A stretch of 32,000 bases of DNA from Delftia acidovorans NBRC 14950 (GTDB taxonomy: Bacteria > Pseudomonadota > Gammaproteobacteria > Burkholderiales > Burkholderiaceae_C): the NCBI RefSeq assembly GCF_001598795.1, contig NZ_BCZP01000029.1, positions 1-32,000 of the forward strand, read 5' to 3'. This document shows positions 1 through 9,276 of the stretch, piece by piece. The position numbers and the translations under genes were made by a program. The notes beneath the pieces are model-generated. The model did not search any database. It worked only from the letters and a program-made list of their open reading frames with translations, and was not told where the DNA came from. The stretch's first letter is position 1. Every line of letters begins with the position of its first letter.

Positions 1-150
1 TTTTTAACACCAACGATCTGCATCGCCTCTCTTCAGCAGAGCCTTGCATTGTAGCACGTTTTTTCAACCCACCAACAACAAGACTCCTACCGCAGCAACC
101 AGAGCATCAACCCCGACCACTGGATCAGGCCACCAAAGCAACCCTCTCAT

Positions 151-182
151 AAAAAAAGCCACCCTTGCGGGTGGCTTTTTTC
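151..182 (-). terminator. Intrinsic terminator hairpin just downstream of tRNA-Ser (looks bidirectional)
   Basis: Stem GCCACCC (158-164) / GGGTGGC (169-175) with loop TTGC. A7 run on one side and T6 run on the other. Lies 6 nt beyond the tRNA 3' end on the minus strand. Confidence 0.8.
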
Positions 183-187
183 TATCC

Positions 188-280
188 TGGCGGAAACGGA
201 GGGATTCGAACCCTCGATGAGGCTCTACACCCCATACTCCCTTAGCAGGGGAGCACCTTCGGCCACTCGGTCACGTTTCC
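188..280 (-). tRNA. tRNA-Ser (anticodon GCU), long variable arm, CCA encoded
   Basis: Reverse complement reads GGAAACG-TG-ACCGAGTGGCCGAAGGT-G-CTCCC-CTGCTAA-GGGAG-(21-nt variable arm)-GAGGG-TTCGAAT-CCCTC-CGTTTCC-G-CCA. It has a 7-bp acceptor stem, a canonical T-loop and anticodon loop CU-GCU-AA; total 93 nt. Confidence 0.93.
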
Positions 281-333
281 GGAATGACGTTATTGTAACG
301 TGCTTTTTTGCCGGTTTCGGCAAAACGATGATT

Positions 334-1599
334 TTATTCCGGCTTGTCGAGACCGAAGGCGGTGTGCAGGGCGCGCACGGCCAGCTCCAGGTACTTCTCG
401 TCGATGACGACGGAGGTCTTGATCTCGGAGGTAGAGATCATCTGGATGTTCACGCCTTCCTGGCTCAGTGCACGGAACATGGTGGATGCCACGCCCACAT
501 GGCTGCGCATGCCGATGCCGACAATGCTGACCTTGGCGATGTTGGGGTTGCCGACGACTTCGGTGGCACCCAAGGCGGGCACGACCTTGTCGCGCAGCAG
601 CTCCATGGCGCGTTGGTAGTCGCCCTGGCTGACGGTGAAGCTGAAGTCGGTTTTGCCTTCCTTGCTGATGTTCTGGATGATCACATCGACTTCGATGTTG
701 GCATCAGCCACCGGACCCAGGATGCCGTAGGCGATGCCAGGGGTGTCGGGCACGCCGAGAACGGAGATCTTGGCTTCGCCGCGGTTGAATGCGATGCCGG
801 ATACGACGGCCTTTTCCATTTTTTCGTCTTCCTCAAAAGTAATCAGCGTGCCGGAGGTGGATTCTTCCTCCAGGTCGATGTCCCAGGGCGTGAAGCTGGA
901 GAGCACGCGCATGGGCACCTTGTACTTGCCGGCAAATTCCACCGAGCGGATCTGCAGCACCTTGGAGCCGAGGCTGGCCATTTCCAGCATTTCCTCGAAG
1001 CTCACGGTGTTCAGGCGCTTGGCAGCCTGCACCACGCGCGGGTCGGTGGTGTAGACGCCGTCCACGTCGGTATAGATAAGGCACTCGGCCGCCTTCAGCG
1101 CCGCAGCCACGGCCACGGCCGAGGTGTCGGAGCCGCCACGACCCAGCGTGGTGACATGCCCGTTGGGATCGATGCCCTGGAAGCCCGTGATGATGACCAC
1201 ACGGCCAGCGTCGAGTTCGGCGCGAACGCGCTTGTCGTCGATGGACTCGATGCGTGCCTTGGTGAAGCTGCTGTCGGTGCGCACGGGAACTTGCCAGCCC
1301 GAGAAGCTGATGGCTTCCACGCCTTCGGCCTGCAGCGCAATGGCCAGCAGTGCCGACGACGCCTGCTCGCCCGTGGAGGCCAGCATGTCGAGTTCACGGT
1401 AGTACGCCGTTTTGGCCGAGCCGGGAGCCAGCTCGCTGGCCAGGCCCAGCAGACGGTTGGTTTCGCCACTCATGGCGCTGGGGACGACCACCATCTGGTG
1501 ACCGGCACGAGCCCACTTGGCCACGCGCTTGGCAACGTTGCGGATGCGCTCTGTCGAGCCCATCGAGGTGCCGCCGTATTTATGAACGATCAGTGCCAT
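334..1599 (-). CDS. lysC: Aspartate kinase (aspartokinase)
   Basis: 421-aa ORF. N-terminus MALIVHKYGGTSMGS...RIRNVAKRV is typical of the aspartokinase amino-acid kinase fold, and C-terminal ACT-type regions are present (ISVLGVPD..., VSIVGIGMRSH). ATG at 1599. Confidence 0.95.
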   Translation of the reverse strand: MALIVHKYGGTSMGSTERIRNVAKRVAKWARAGHQMVVVPSAMSGETNRLLGLASELAPGSAKTAYYRELDMLASTGEQASSALLAIALQAEGVEAISFSGWQVPVRTDSSFTKARIESIDDKRVRAELDAGRVVIITGFQGIDPNGHVTTLGRGGSDTSAVAVAAALKAAECLIYTDVDGVYTTDPRVVQAAKRLNTVSFEEMLEMASLGSKVLQIRSVEFAGKYKVPMRVLSSFTPWDIDLEEESTSGTLITFEEDEKMEKAVVSGIAFNRGEAKISVLGVPDTPGIAYGILGPVADANIEVDVIIQNISKEGKTDFSFTVSQGDYQRAMELLRDKVVPALGATEVVGNPNIAKVSIVGIGMRSHVGVASTMFRALSQEGVNIQMISTSEIKTSVVIDEKYLELAVRALHTAFGLDKPE

Positions 1600-1777
1600 T
1601 GGATATCAGGGTGACGAAACTGCTTGCCACGGCGCTGTACGACAGAGGGATGCCTGTGCAAGCCAGGATGTTCGAGAGGACTGCGCATGAAGCGAAATGT
1701 CCGCCCGGACCCGTCTTGCGCAAGCCGTTTGGTTTTGGCGCGCCGCCGGTTTTCGTACAAAGTTGGACCAAAACTCG

Positions 1778-2821
1778 TCAATTGTACCAATCGAGCACCG
1801 ACCCCAGGCGCCGCACAAAACCCCGCCCCATCTTGAGATGGATGCGGTGGCCTCGCGTAAGGCAAACGCCGATCTGCGCGAGCAGCTGATCTAGCTGCGC
1901 GGCACTGGGCGTGGTGGCATGCACGCTGCGCAGCCAGTGGCGCAGCACATTGGCCTGGCGCGCGGGGCTCAGCGCCTGCAAGGCGGTGATGCCGGGGGGG
2001 GTGCCGATGGCCGCCAGATCGGCCTGCGCCATCTCCTGCAGAAGCTCGGCCGCCTCGGCGCAATGCCGGCTGCTGCGCGCGAACGTGGCGCGAAACTGGG
2101 GAAAGGCCTGCTGCAGCGCGGGCAGCAACTGGGCGCGGATGCGGTTGCGCGTATAGCGCGCGTCGGCATTGGTCGGGTCTTCCACCCAAGCCTGGCCACG
2201 CGCCGCAAGCCAGTCACGCAGGACCTGGCCGGGCAGATCAAGCAGCGGACGATGCCATTCGAGATCCGCCCTGCTCCACTGCGCCGGCATGGCGGCCAAA
2301 CCGGCCACACCGGCGCCTCGAGACAGGGCCAGCAGCAGCGTCTCGACCTGGTCGTCCGCATGTTGCGCCAGCGCCATGCTGCGAACGGGCGGCAAGGGAT
2401 CTCCGCCTGCGCCCTGCACAGGCCAGGGCTCGCGGGCGGCCTCTATCAGCGTTGCGTAGCGCAGCTGGCGTGCGGCGTCCTCAGGACTTTGGCCCGGCGC
2501 GTGGCGTGCGTCCACGCGGCGAATCTTCAAAGGAACGGCATGCTGAGCGCAGACTTTCTCGCACTGGCCGACAAAGGCATCGGCCGCCGACTGCAGACCG
2601 TGGTGCACATGGATGGCCACGACCTGGCCCGGCCAGCGCTCGGCGCAGGCCAGCAGCAGCGCCGTGGAGTCCGCTCCGCCGCTGAAGGCCACGGCCAGCG
2701 GCAGTTGCGGCGCAAAGCGATGGATGGCCGCGTCCAAAGCTGCACCCGGTGCAGCACCTGATGCACCATCTGGAGCGGCTGCCGGAACATTGCGCGGCGG
2801 GTCGGGGATCGGAATTTCCAC
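1778..2821 (-). CDS. tilS: tRNA(Ile)-lysidine synthetase
   Basis: PP-loop motif AVAFSGGADSTALLL near the N-terminus, plus HVHHGLQ...AD. The start at 2821 is a GTG with no clear SD, so the 5' end is uncertain. Confidence 0.85.
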   Translation of the reverse strand: MEIPIPDPPRNVPAAAPDGASGAAPGAALDAAIHRFAPQLPLAVAFSGGADSTALLLACAERWPGQVVAIHVHHGLQSAADAFVGQCEKVCAQHAVPLKIRRVDARHAPGQSPEDAARQLRYATLIEAAREPWPVQGAGGDPLPPVRSMALAQHADDQVETLLLALSRGAGVAGLAAMPAQWSRADLEWHRPLLDLPGQVLRDWLAARGQAWVEDPTNADARYTRNRIRAQLLPALQQAFPQFRATFARSSRHCAEAAELLQEMAQADLAAIGTPPGITALQALSPARQANVLRHWLRSVHATTPSAAQLDQLLAQIGVCLTRGHRIHLKMGRGFVRRLGSVLDWYN

Positions 2822-2865
2822 AGGCTTGGATCAGAGGTATCAGGACGCGGGCTAGGGATTGGCGC

Positions 2866-2896
2866 AAAAAGCAAACGGCTCCCAGGGGGAGCCGTT
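2866..2896 (-). terminator. Intrinsic terminator after accA
   Basis: On the minus strand: AACGGCTCCC-loop-GGGAGCCGTT followed by TGCTTTTTGC, about 28 nt after the accA stop. Confidence 0.7.
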
Positions 2897-2923
2897 CAGT
2901 GTGCCAGAGCGTGGCGCAGGCCT

Positions 2924-3901
2924 TCAGCGGTTGTCGGCCTTGGTATCGGCGAAGCGGCCATAGCTTTGCAGGCGCTCGTAACGGCGGTCCTGCAGTTCCT
3001 TGGGCTTGAGGTCCGCCAGCTGGCGATAGGCATCGCCCAGCGCGCGCTTGAGGAAGGCGGCCATTTGCTTGGGGTCGCGGTGGGCACCGCCCACGGGCTC
3101 ATTGACGATCTTGTCCACCAGGCCCAGGGCCTTGAGGCGGTGGGCCGTGATGCCCATGGCATCGGCCGCGTCCTGGGCCTTTTCGCCGGTCTTCCAGAGG
3201 ATGGAGGCGCAGCCTTCCGGGCTGATCACGGAGTAGACGGCGTATTGCAGCATCAGCACCTGGTCGGCGACGGCAATGGCCAGGGCGCCGCCCGATCCAC
3301 CTTCACCGATGACGGTGGTGATGATGGGAGTCTGCAGCTGGGCCATTTCGTAGATGTTGCGGCCAATGGCTTCGGACTGGCCGCGCTCTTCGGCTTCGAT
3401 GCCGGGGAAGGCGCCAGGCGTGTCCACGAAGGTGAAGACCGGCAGGCCGAACTTTTCGGCCGTCTTCATGAGGCGCAGGGCCTTGCGGTAGCCCTCGGGG
3501 CGCGTCATGCCGAAGTTGCGCAGCGTGCGCTCCTTGGTGTCGCGGCCCTTCTGGTGGCCGATGACCATGCAGGAAATGCCATTGAAGCGCGCCAGCCCGC
3601 CCACGATGGACTGGTCGTCGGCAAAGTGCCGGTCGCCGTGCATCTCGATGAAGTCGGTGAAGCAGTCGCGCACATAGTCCAGCGTGTAGGGACGCTCGGT
3701 ATGGCGCGCGATCTTGGTGATCTGCCAGGGCGAGAGGTCGCTGTAGATGTCCTTGGTCAGCTGCAGGCTTTTTTTGCTGAGCTGCTCAATCTCTTCCGAG
3801 ATATCGACTGCGCTTTCGGTCTGCACGTAGCGCAGTTCCTCGATTTTGGATTCGAGCTCGGCGATGGGCTGCTCAAAATCCAGAAAGTTCTTTTTCGCCA
3901 A
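2924..3901 (-). CDS. accA: Acetyl-CoA carboxylase carboxyltransferase subunit alpha
   Basis: (M)[23 protein letters not shown]... and ...[22 protein letters not shown]-type carboxyltransferase core. Best start is TTG at 3901, preceded by GGAGAAACAAG. The track ORF extension to 4045 runs into the upstream gene and is not credible. Confidence 0.92.
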   Translation of the reverse strand: MAKKNFLDFEQPIAELESKIEELRYVQTESAVDISEEIEQLSKKSLQLTKDIYSDLSPWQITKIARHTERPYTLDYVRDCFTDFIEMHGDRHFADDQSIVGGLARFNGISCMVIGHQKGRDTKERTLRNFGMTRPEGYRKALRLMKTAEKFGLPVFTFVDTPGAFPGIEAEERGQSEAIGRNIYEMAQLQTPIITTVIGEGGSGGALAIAVADQVLMLQYAVYSVISPEGCASILWKTGEKAQDAADAMGITAHRLKALGLVDKIVNEPVGGAHRDPKQMAAFLKRALGDAYRQLADLKPKELQDRRYERLQSYGRFADTKADNR

Positions 3902-3984
3902 CTTGTTTCTCCTTGTCCCAGCCAGGCACGGTGCATGCGTTCCGGCCGGAAAACGGGGGTTGATCGGGTGTGATCGGTTTGTCT

Positions 3985-4794
3985 TCAGGCTGCAGGCTGC
4001 GGTTCGAGCGAGCGCCAAATATACCAAGTCGCCACGGTGCACCACGGCTTCCAGGCCTCGGCAACCTCACGCGCCTCACTGCGGCTGACGGGGTCGCCTG
4101 AAAAATAGTTCTGGCTGATGCCCGAGATCAGGCCTGCATCGTCCAGCGGCAGCACATTGGGCCGCTGCAGGTAGAAGATGAGGAACATCTCGGCGGTCCA
4201 GCGGCCCACGCCGCGGATGGACATGAGTTCGGCCACGATGGCTTCGTCACTCATGCCCTGCCAGTCGTCCTGGTGCAGGCGGTGCTCGGTGAAGTGCATG
4301 GCCAGGTCCACCAGGTAGTCCACCTTGCGGGCAGACAGGCCCACGGCGCGCATGTCGTCCACCTTGAGCTTGAGCACCAGGTCAGGCGCCATGCGGGCGG
4401 GCAGGCGCGCGAACTTGTTCCACAGCGTCTGCGCAGCCTTCATCGAGATCTGCTGGCCCACGATGGAGCGCGCCAGCGTGGCGAAGGCATCGCCGCCGGG
4501 CTGCAGGGCCAGGTGGGCAAAGCGCGGGATCAGGCGCTTCATCACGCGATCGCGCCGCACCAGCTGGCGGCAGGCCTCGGCCCAGTAGGCCGGGGCGCCC
4601 TCGGGCGGCGCGGGCAGGGATATCTTGGCCTTGGGAGCGGAGGCAGCGGCAGCGGCGGCGGCAGGCGCCGAACCTGCGCGCGCGCCCAGCGTCACCATCG
4701 GCAGCGGGGCCGGTTGCTGTTCGGGCACGGGCAGATCGGCCACCAACGGCAACTGCTCGAAATCCATGGTGTCCAGGGGTTTGGCGGAGGCCAT
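3985..4794 (-). CDS. HhH-GPD family DNA glycosylase (AlkA-like 3-methyladenine glycosylase II) with Ala/Pro-rich N-terminal extension
   Basis: Core [22 protein letters not shown]... and helix-hairpin-helix [18 protein letters not shown] followed by VLPLDDAGL (candidate catalytic Asp). ATG at 4794 is preceded by GGGGAGGTG. The longer track ORF (to 5226) overlaps cysS in another frame. Confidence 0.85.
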   Translation of the reverse strand: MASAKPLDTMDFEQLPLVADLPVPEQQPAPLPMVTLGARAGSAPAAAAAAASAPKAKISLPAPPEGAPAYWAEACRQLVRRDRVMKRLIPRFAHLALQPGGDAFATLARSIVGQQISMKAAQTLWNKFARLPARMAPDLVLKLKVDDMRAVGLSARKVDYLVDLAMHFTEHRLHQDDWQGMSDEAIVAELMSIRGVGRWTAEMFLIFYLQRPNVLPLDDAGLISGISQNYFSGDPVSRSEAREVAEAWKPWCTVATWYIWRSLEPQPAA

Positions 4795-4843
4795 CAAAGC
4801 ACCTCCCCGCACCTGGCGCGGCACATCTGGCAAGGCATACGGA

Positions 4844-6229
4844 TCAGCCCTTTGCGGCTGCCTCCCAGGTCGTGCCTGCGGGGGAGTCCTTGAGCACGAT
4901 GCCCTGTTCCAGCAGCGCCTTGCGGATGCGGTCGGCCTCGGCCCAGTCCTTGGCCGCCTTGGCGGCTGCGCGTGCGGCAATCTGCGCCTCGATGGCGCCG
5001 GCATCCATCTCCGAAGTGCCTGCCTGCAGGAAGGCCTGCGGGTCGCCCTGCAGCAGCCCCAGGCAGCCGGCCAGGGCCTTGAGTAGGCCCGCCGTCTCGG
5101 CACTCTTGCTGCGGTTGACTTCGGCAGCCAGCTCGAACAGCACGGCCACGGCCTCGGGCGTGCCGAAGTCCTCGTCCATGGCCGCCTTGAAGCGCGCGGC
5201 AGCGGGATGATTCCAGTCGATGGCAACCTCGGCGGGCGCGACCAGGCTCAGTGCCGTGTACAGGCGCTTGAGCGCGCCGCGTGCGTCGTTAAGGTGCACG
5301 TCGCTGTAGTTCAGCGGGCTGCGGTAGTGGCTGCGCACGACGAAGAAGCGCACGGTCTCGGCGTCGTACTCCTTGAGCACGTCGCGGATGGTGAAGAAGT
5401 TGCCCAGCGACTTGGACATCTTCTCGTTGTCCACGTTGATGAAGCCGTTGTGCATCCAGACCTGCGAGAACGGCTTACCGGTCGCACCTTCGCTCTGGGC
5501 GATCTCGTTTTCGTGGTGTGGGAACTGCAGGTCGGCGCCGCCGCCGTGGATGTCGAAGCTCTCGCCCAGCATCTCGCAGCCCATGGCCGAGCACTCGATG
5601 TGCCAGCCGGGACGGCCCACGCCCCAGGGACTGGCCCACTTGACCTCTTCCGGCTCGGCGGGCTTGGCGCTTTTCCACAGCACAAAGTCCAGCGGATCCT
5701 GCTTGCCGTCCTGCACGGCCACGCGTTCGCCGGCCTGCAATTCGTCCAGCGACTTGCCCGACAGCTTGCCGTAGCCGGGGAACTTGCGCACGGCGAAGTT
5801 CACGTCGCCATCCGTGCCCTGATAGGCCAGGCCCTTGTCCTGCAGGCGGCCGATCATGGACAGCATCTGCGGCACGTATTCGGTGGCGCGCGGCTCATGC
5901 GTGGGGCGCTCGATGCCCAGGGCGTCGGCGTCCTGGTGCAGGGCGTCGATCATGCGGTCGGTCAGGGAGCGGATGGTCTCGCCGTTCTCGACGGCGCGAC
6001 GGATGATCTTGTCATCGATATCGGTGATGTTGCGCACATAGGTCACGCGATGGCCGCTGGCACGCAGCCAGCGCTGCACCACATCGAAAGCGACCATGGA
6101 GCGTGCGTGTCCCAGGTGACACAGGTCGTACACGGTCATGCCGCACACATACATGCGCACATGGCCCGGTTCGATTGGCGAAAACGCTTCCAATGCACGC
6201 GACAGCGTGTTGTAGATACGCAAACTCAT
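4844..6229 (-). CDS. cysS: Cysteine--tRNA ligase
   Basis: 461 aa. [18 protein letters not shown] (HIGH-type motif), KMSKSLGN (KMSKS motif), and Zn-binding Cys positions typical of CysRS. Confidence 0.96.
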   Translation of the reverse strand: MSLRIYNTLSRALEAFSPIEPGHVRMYVCGMTVYDLCHLGHARSMVAFDVVQRWLRASGHRVTYVRNITDIDDKIIRRAVENGETIRSLTDRMIDALHQDADALGIERPTHEPRATEYVPQMLSMIGRLQDKGLAYQGTDGDVNFAVRKFPGYGKLSGKSLDELQAGERVAVQDGKQDPLDFVLWKSAKPAEPEEVKWASPWGVGRPGWHIECSAMGCEMLGESFDIHGGGADLQFPHHENEIAQSEGATGKPFSQVWMHNGFINVDNEKMSKSLGNFFTIRDVLKEYDAETVRFFVVRSHYRSPLNYSDVHLNDARGALKRLYTALSLVAPAEVAIDWNHPAAARFKAAMDEDFGTPEAVAVLFELAAEVNRSKSAETAGLLKALAGCLGLLQGDPQAFLQAGTSEMDAGAIEAQIAARAAAKAAKDWAEADRIRKALLEQGIVLKDSPAGTTWEAAAKG

Positions 6230-6433
6230 GGATGTTTATCAGGGGAGAAAGGGTCGCTGCAGGGGGCGCGTCCCACGCGCCGCCGGACCCTCGGCGCCGA
6301 TGCAGGCATGCTCAGCAGGGAGCAGGAGCGGCAGGCGCAGAGCCCGTGTGACCCAGCACACCCCTCAGCTACAATTGACCGCAGTATAAGCCCGCGCCGC
6401 GGGGCATTCCCCCGAGGCCCCGAAAGCACCTAC

Positions 6434-6967
6434 ATGCCTCTACGCAACTCGTTTCGCTCCGCCCTGCGCCTCGCGGCACTGGCGGCCCTGCTCGCAACAG
6501 GCCACGCCCACGCCGACGACTATACGGAAGTGAATCAGTTGCTGCGCAACGGCAAGAGCACCCAGGCGCTGGCACGCGCCGATGCCTATCTGGCCAAGAA
6601 CGCACGCGACCCGCAGATGCGCTTTCTCAAGGCGGTTGCACTGACCGACAGCGGCAAGACAGACGAGGCCATCGCCGCGCTGAATCAGCTCATCGAGGAC
6701 TACCCCGAGCTGCCCGAGCCCTACAACAATCTGGCGGTCATCTATGCCGGCCAGAACCAGCTCGACAAGGCGCGCTCCGCGCTCGAATCCGCCGTGCGCA
6801 ACAACCCCAACTACGGAGTCGCCTACGAGAACCTGGGCGACATCCATGCCCGCCTGGCCTACGAGGCCTACTCCAAGGCGCAAGGCCTGGATGGCCGCGC
6901 GGCCAGCGTGCGCCCCAAGCTCAAGCTGCTGCGCGACCTGCTGGCGCCCGTCACCGCCGCCAAGTAG
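6434..6967 (+). CDS. Secreted tetratricopeptide-repeat (TPR) protein
   Basis: Signal peptide MPLRNSFRSALRLAALAALLATGHAHA/DD, then TPR-like helices (EPYNNLAVIYAGQNQLDKARSALESAVRNNPNYGVAYENLGDI). Only the last 177 codons of track ORF 5207..6967 are credible; the rest is antisense to cysS. Confidence 0.85.
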   Translation: MPLRNSFRSALRLAALAALLATGHAHADDYTEVNQLLRNGKSTQALARADAYLAKNARDPQMRFLKAVALTDSGKTDEAIAALNQLIEDYPELPEPYNNLAVIYAGQNQLDKARSALESAVRNNPNYGVAYENLGDIHARLAYEAYSKAQGLDGRAASVRPKLKLLRDLLAPVTAAK

Positions 6968-7111
6968 GCCCCCGGCCCACGCGCGCAGCCCTTGCGCCAG
7001 CGCGCGTGCGGCGGTCGATCGGGTCTTGCCATGCCTGGCGCGCACCCGCAGGAACCTGCCCGGTTTTCCCCACTCCATCCCCCAGCCCTTTGGCTTTCAC
7101 AGGAGATTCGC

Positions 7112-7699
7112 ATGACCACACGCCGCATTGCGTCGCTTTCCCTGGCCGGCATGGCCCTGGCCGCTTCCCTTTTCACCGCCCTGCCCGCCATGGCGCAGAA
7201 CGCCACGCCCAAGGTGCAGATCAAGACCAGCATGGGCGACATCGTGCTGGAGCTGAACGAGGCCAAGGCACCCAAGACCGTGGCCAACTTCATGCAGTAC
7301 GTGCGCGACAAGCACTATGACGGCACGGTGTTCCACCGCGTGATGGACGGCTTCATGATCCAGGGCGGCGGCATGGATGCCAGCCTCAAGGAAAAGCCCA
7401 CGCGCGCGCCGATTCCGCTGGAGGCGGACAACGGCCTCAAGAATGACCGGGGCACCATCGCCATGGCGCGCACGGGCAATCCCAACTCGGCCACCTCGCA
7501 GTTCTTCATCAACGTGGTGAACAACGACATGCTCAACGCGCCCAAGCCCGATGGACACGGCTACGCCGTCTTCGGCCGCGTGGTCCAGGGCATGGATGTG
7601 GTGGACAAAATCCGCACGGTGGCCACGGGCAACCAGGGCATGCACCAGAATGTACCCACCAAGCCGGTGACCATCCTCTCGGCCACCGAAGTCAAGTAA
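7112..7699 (+). CDS. ppiA: Periplasmic cyclophilin-type peptidyl-prolyl cis-trans isomerase
   Basis: SD AGGAG 6 nt upstream of the ATG at 7112. Signal peptide ...ALPAMA/QN. Cyclophilin core [14 protein letters not shown]...GTIAMARTGNPNSATSQFFIN. Confidence 0.93.
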   Translation: MTTRRIASLSLAGMALAASLFTALPAMAQNATPKVQIKTSMGDIVLELNEAKAPKTVANFMQYVRDKHYDGTVFHRVMDGFMIQGGGMDASLKEKPTRAPIPLEADNGLKNDRGTIAMARTGNPNSATSQFFINVVNNDMLNAPKPDGHGYAVFGRVVQGMDVVDKIRTVATGNQGMHQNVPTKPVTILSATEVK

Positions 7700-7756
7700 A
7701 CCGCGCGCCGCGCCTTGCGTGGCACGCCCTTCCCCTCCATCCAACAAGGAATCGCC

Positions 7757-8263
7757 ATGAGCAATCCCCAAGTCGAACTCCACATCGCCGACCACGGCGT
7801 GATCACCATCGAACTCGACGCCGCCAAGGCCCCGAAGAGCGCAGAGAACTTCTTGGCCTATGTGAACAAGGGCCACTACAACAACACCATCTTCCATCGC
7901 ATCATCGATGGCTTCATGATCCAGGGCGGCGGCTTCGAGCCCGGCATGAAGCAAAAGGAGACGGACGCCCCCATCGAGAACGAGGCCAAGAACGGCCTGA
8001 AGAACGACAAGTACACCCTGGCCATGGCCCGTACCGGCGACCCGCACTCTGCCACCGCCCAGTTCTTCATCAACGTGGCCGACAACGGCTTCCTGAACCA
8101 CACCTCGCCCAGCGCACAGGGCTGGGGCTATGCCGTGTTCGGCAAGGTGATCAAGGGCACCGAGATCGTGGACAAGCTGCGTGGCGTGAAGACCGGCCGC
8201 AACGGCGGCCACCAGGACGTGCCCAAGGATGACGTGATCATCGAAAAGGCCGTGGCCCTGTAA
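7757..8263 (+). CDS. ppiB: Cytoplasmic cyclophilin-type peptidyl-prolyl cis-trans isomerase (tandem paralog of ppiA)
   Basis: No signal peptide. [15 protein letters not shown]...[21 protein letters not shown]. Shares the nucleotide block GGCTTCATGATCCAGGGCGGCGGC with ppiA. Confidence 0.93.
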   Translation: MSNPQVELHIADHGVITIELDAAKAPKSAENFLAYVNKGHYNNTIFHRIIDGFMIQGGGFEPGMKQKETDAPIENEAKNGLKNDKYTLAMARTGDPHSATAQFFINVADNGFLNHTSPSAQGWGYAVFGKVIKGTEIVDKLRGVKTGRNGGHQDVPKDDVIIEKAVAL

Positions 8264-8283
8264 TCAGGCGCTTCCGCACACGG

Positions 8284-8320
8284 GGCGGCCGTGCCCTTTC
8301 GGGTCCGGCCGCCCTGTTGT
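8284..8320 (+). terminator. Candidate ppiB terminator hairpin
   Basis: GC-rich stem GGCGGCCG..GCCC-TTTC-GGG..CGGCCGCC (8284-8313) with an internal 2x2 mismatch, followed by CTGTTGT. The U-tract is weak. Confidence 0.45.
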
Positions 8321-8358
8321 CCATGCGCATGGCACCAGGCCGTGCGCATGGACAACAG
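8314..8358. repeat. Perfect 16-bp inverted repeat (stem-loop) in the ppiB-lpxH spacer
   Basis: CTGTTGTCCATGCGCA (8314-8329) and TGCGCATGGACAACAG (8343-8358) are exact reverse complements, separated by a 13-nt loop. Confidence 0.9.
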
Positions 8359-8427
8359 ACCCGCTCCAGAGCCGTCCCAAGGCTCCTACAGCCCTTCATG
8401 CAGCGCCCTTGCCGGGTGCCCCGTCCC

Positions 8428-9276
8428 ATGGCCCAGACCGCCGCGCCCCGCCCTCTTCCCGAGCCGCCCATTGCGGCCGAGTGGACACTGCCTGCGGGCT
8501 GGCGCACGCTGGAGTTCATCTCGGACCTGCACCTGCAGGCCAGCGAGCCCGCCACCGTGCAGGCCTTCCGGAACTACCTGGCCGCCACGCGGGCCGATGC
8601 CGTCTTTCTGCTGGGCGACCTGTTCGAGGTTTGGGTGGGTGACGACGCCCTGCTGGAGCCGGGCAGCTTCGAGGCCGAATGCGCCACCGCCATGCGCGCG
8701 GCAGCCACCCGCACGCCGCTGTTCTTCATGCAGGGCAACCGCGACTTCCTGACCGGCGCGCAGTTCGATGCGCTGTGCGGCACGACCACGCTGACCGATC
8801 CCACCGTGCTTGACTGCGGCGACCAGCGCATCCTGCTCAGCCATGGCGATGCACTGTGCCTGGACGATGTGGACTACCAGCGCTTTCGCGCCATGGCCCG
8901 CTCGGCGGCCTGGCAGGCAGGCTTCCTGGCCCAGCCGCTGCAGGTGCGCCGCGACCAGGCACGCGGCATTCGGCAGGAGAGCGAATCGCGCAAGCGGGAA
9001 TCGGACGGCCATGGCGCCGCCATGCCCACCTATGCCGACCTTGACGCGCAGGCCACCCGCAGCTGGCTGCATGCCGCAGGTGCCGCCACCCTGATCCACG
9101 GCCACACGCACCGCCCGGCCGACCATGACCTGGGCGATGGCCTGCGGCGTATCGTGCTCAGCGACTGGGATCTGGCGGCGCCCGCACCCCGCGCCGAGGT
9201 GCTGCGCTGGGAGCGCGGCATGGGCCTGCGGCGCCTTCCGCTGTCCGACGTTCTTGAACAGGCCAGCCCGCCATGA
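8428..9276 (+). CDS. lpxH: UDP-2,3-diacylglucosamine diphosphatase
   Basis: Calcineurin-like metallophosphoesterase motifs FISDLHL, FLLGDLFEVWVGDD, MQGNRDFL, LSHGDALC, IHGHTHRP. ATG at 8428 gives a ~27-aa N-terminal extension relative to the DLHL motif; I found no in-frame ATG, GTG or TTG between 8428 and that motif. Confidence 0.9.
   Translation: MAQTAAPRPLPEPPIAAEWTLPAGWRTLEFISDLHLQASEPATVQAFRNYLAATRADAVFLLGDLFEVWVGDDALLEPGSFEAECATAMRAAATRTPLFFMQGNRDFLTGAQFDALCGTTTLTDPTVLDCGDQRILLSHGDALCLDDVDYQRFRAMARSAAWQAGFLAQPLQVRRDQARGIRQESESRKRESDGHGAAMPTYADLDAQATRSWLHAAGAATLIHGHTHRPADHDLGDGLRRIVLSDWDLAAPAPRAEVLRWERGMGLRRLPLSDVLEQASPP

Noticed and set aside
3-150. Open frame running from the window start to the TAA at 148-150 immediately before the terminator.
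   Set aside because: No start is visible. The translation is a low-complexity Pro/Gln/Thr-rich sequence, and third positions are A/T-rich, unlike all confident genes here. I cannot distinguish the 3' end of a foreign gene from noncoding DNA.
305-325. Hairpin TTTTGCCG-GTTT-CGGCAAAA between the lysC stop and tRNA-Ser, considered as a lysC terminator. A TACAAT at 297-292 was also considered as the tRNA -10 box.
   Set aside because: On the minus strand the stem is followed by A residues, not a U tract. The -10-like hexamer lacks a matching -35 at proper spacing, which is too weak to annotate.
217-1614. 465-aa plus-strand ORF covering the lysC locus. Similar giant ORFs occur at 5207-6433 (N-terminal part of the 586-aa ORF), 7097-8212, 8386-9327, 9030-10151, 12039-14438, 14699-17404, 19689-20999, 20996-22174 and 23215-25059.
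   Set aside because: Each is antisense or out of frame to a gene with unmistakable conserved motifs (LysC, CysS, PpiA/B, LpxH, cytochrome, AceE, GlnS...). Their translations are Gly/Ala/Arg/His/Val-rich low-information sequence, typical of stop-poor alternative frames in high-GC DNA.
1600-1777. Possible lysine riboswitch or leader in the 178-nt spacer upstream of lysC.
   Set aside because: I could not recognise conserved L-box helices or core motifs by eye. A covariance-model scan would be needed, so no claim is made.
3902-4045. N-terminal extension of the accA ORF in the track (373 aa).
   Set aside because: The conserved AccA sequence begins at [11 protein letters not shown], with a TTG at 3901 preceded by GGAGAAACAAG. 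The extension overlaps the 3' end of the upstream glycosylase gene and has no AccA-like sequence.
4795-5226. N-terminal 144 codons of the 413-aa ORF 3985..5226.
   Set aside because: It overlaps the 3' part of cysS in another frame and is Arg/Pro-rich junk. A strong SD (GGAGG) precedes the internal ATG at 4794.
7330-7940. Shared nucleotide block (GGCTTCATGATCCAGGGCGGCGGC) considered as a dispersed repeat.
   Set aside because: It is simply the conserved cyclophilin active-site region of the tandem paralogs ppiA and ppiB.
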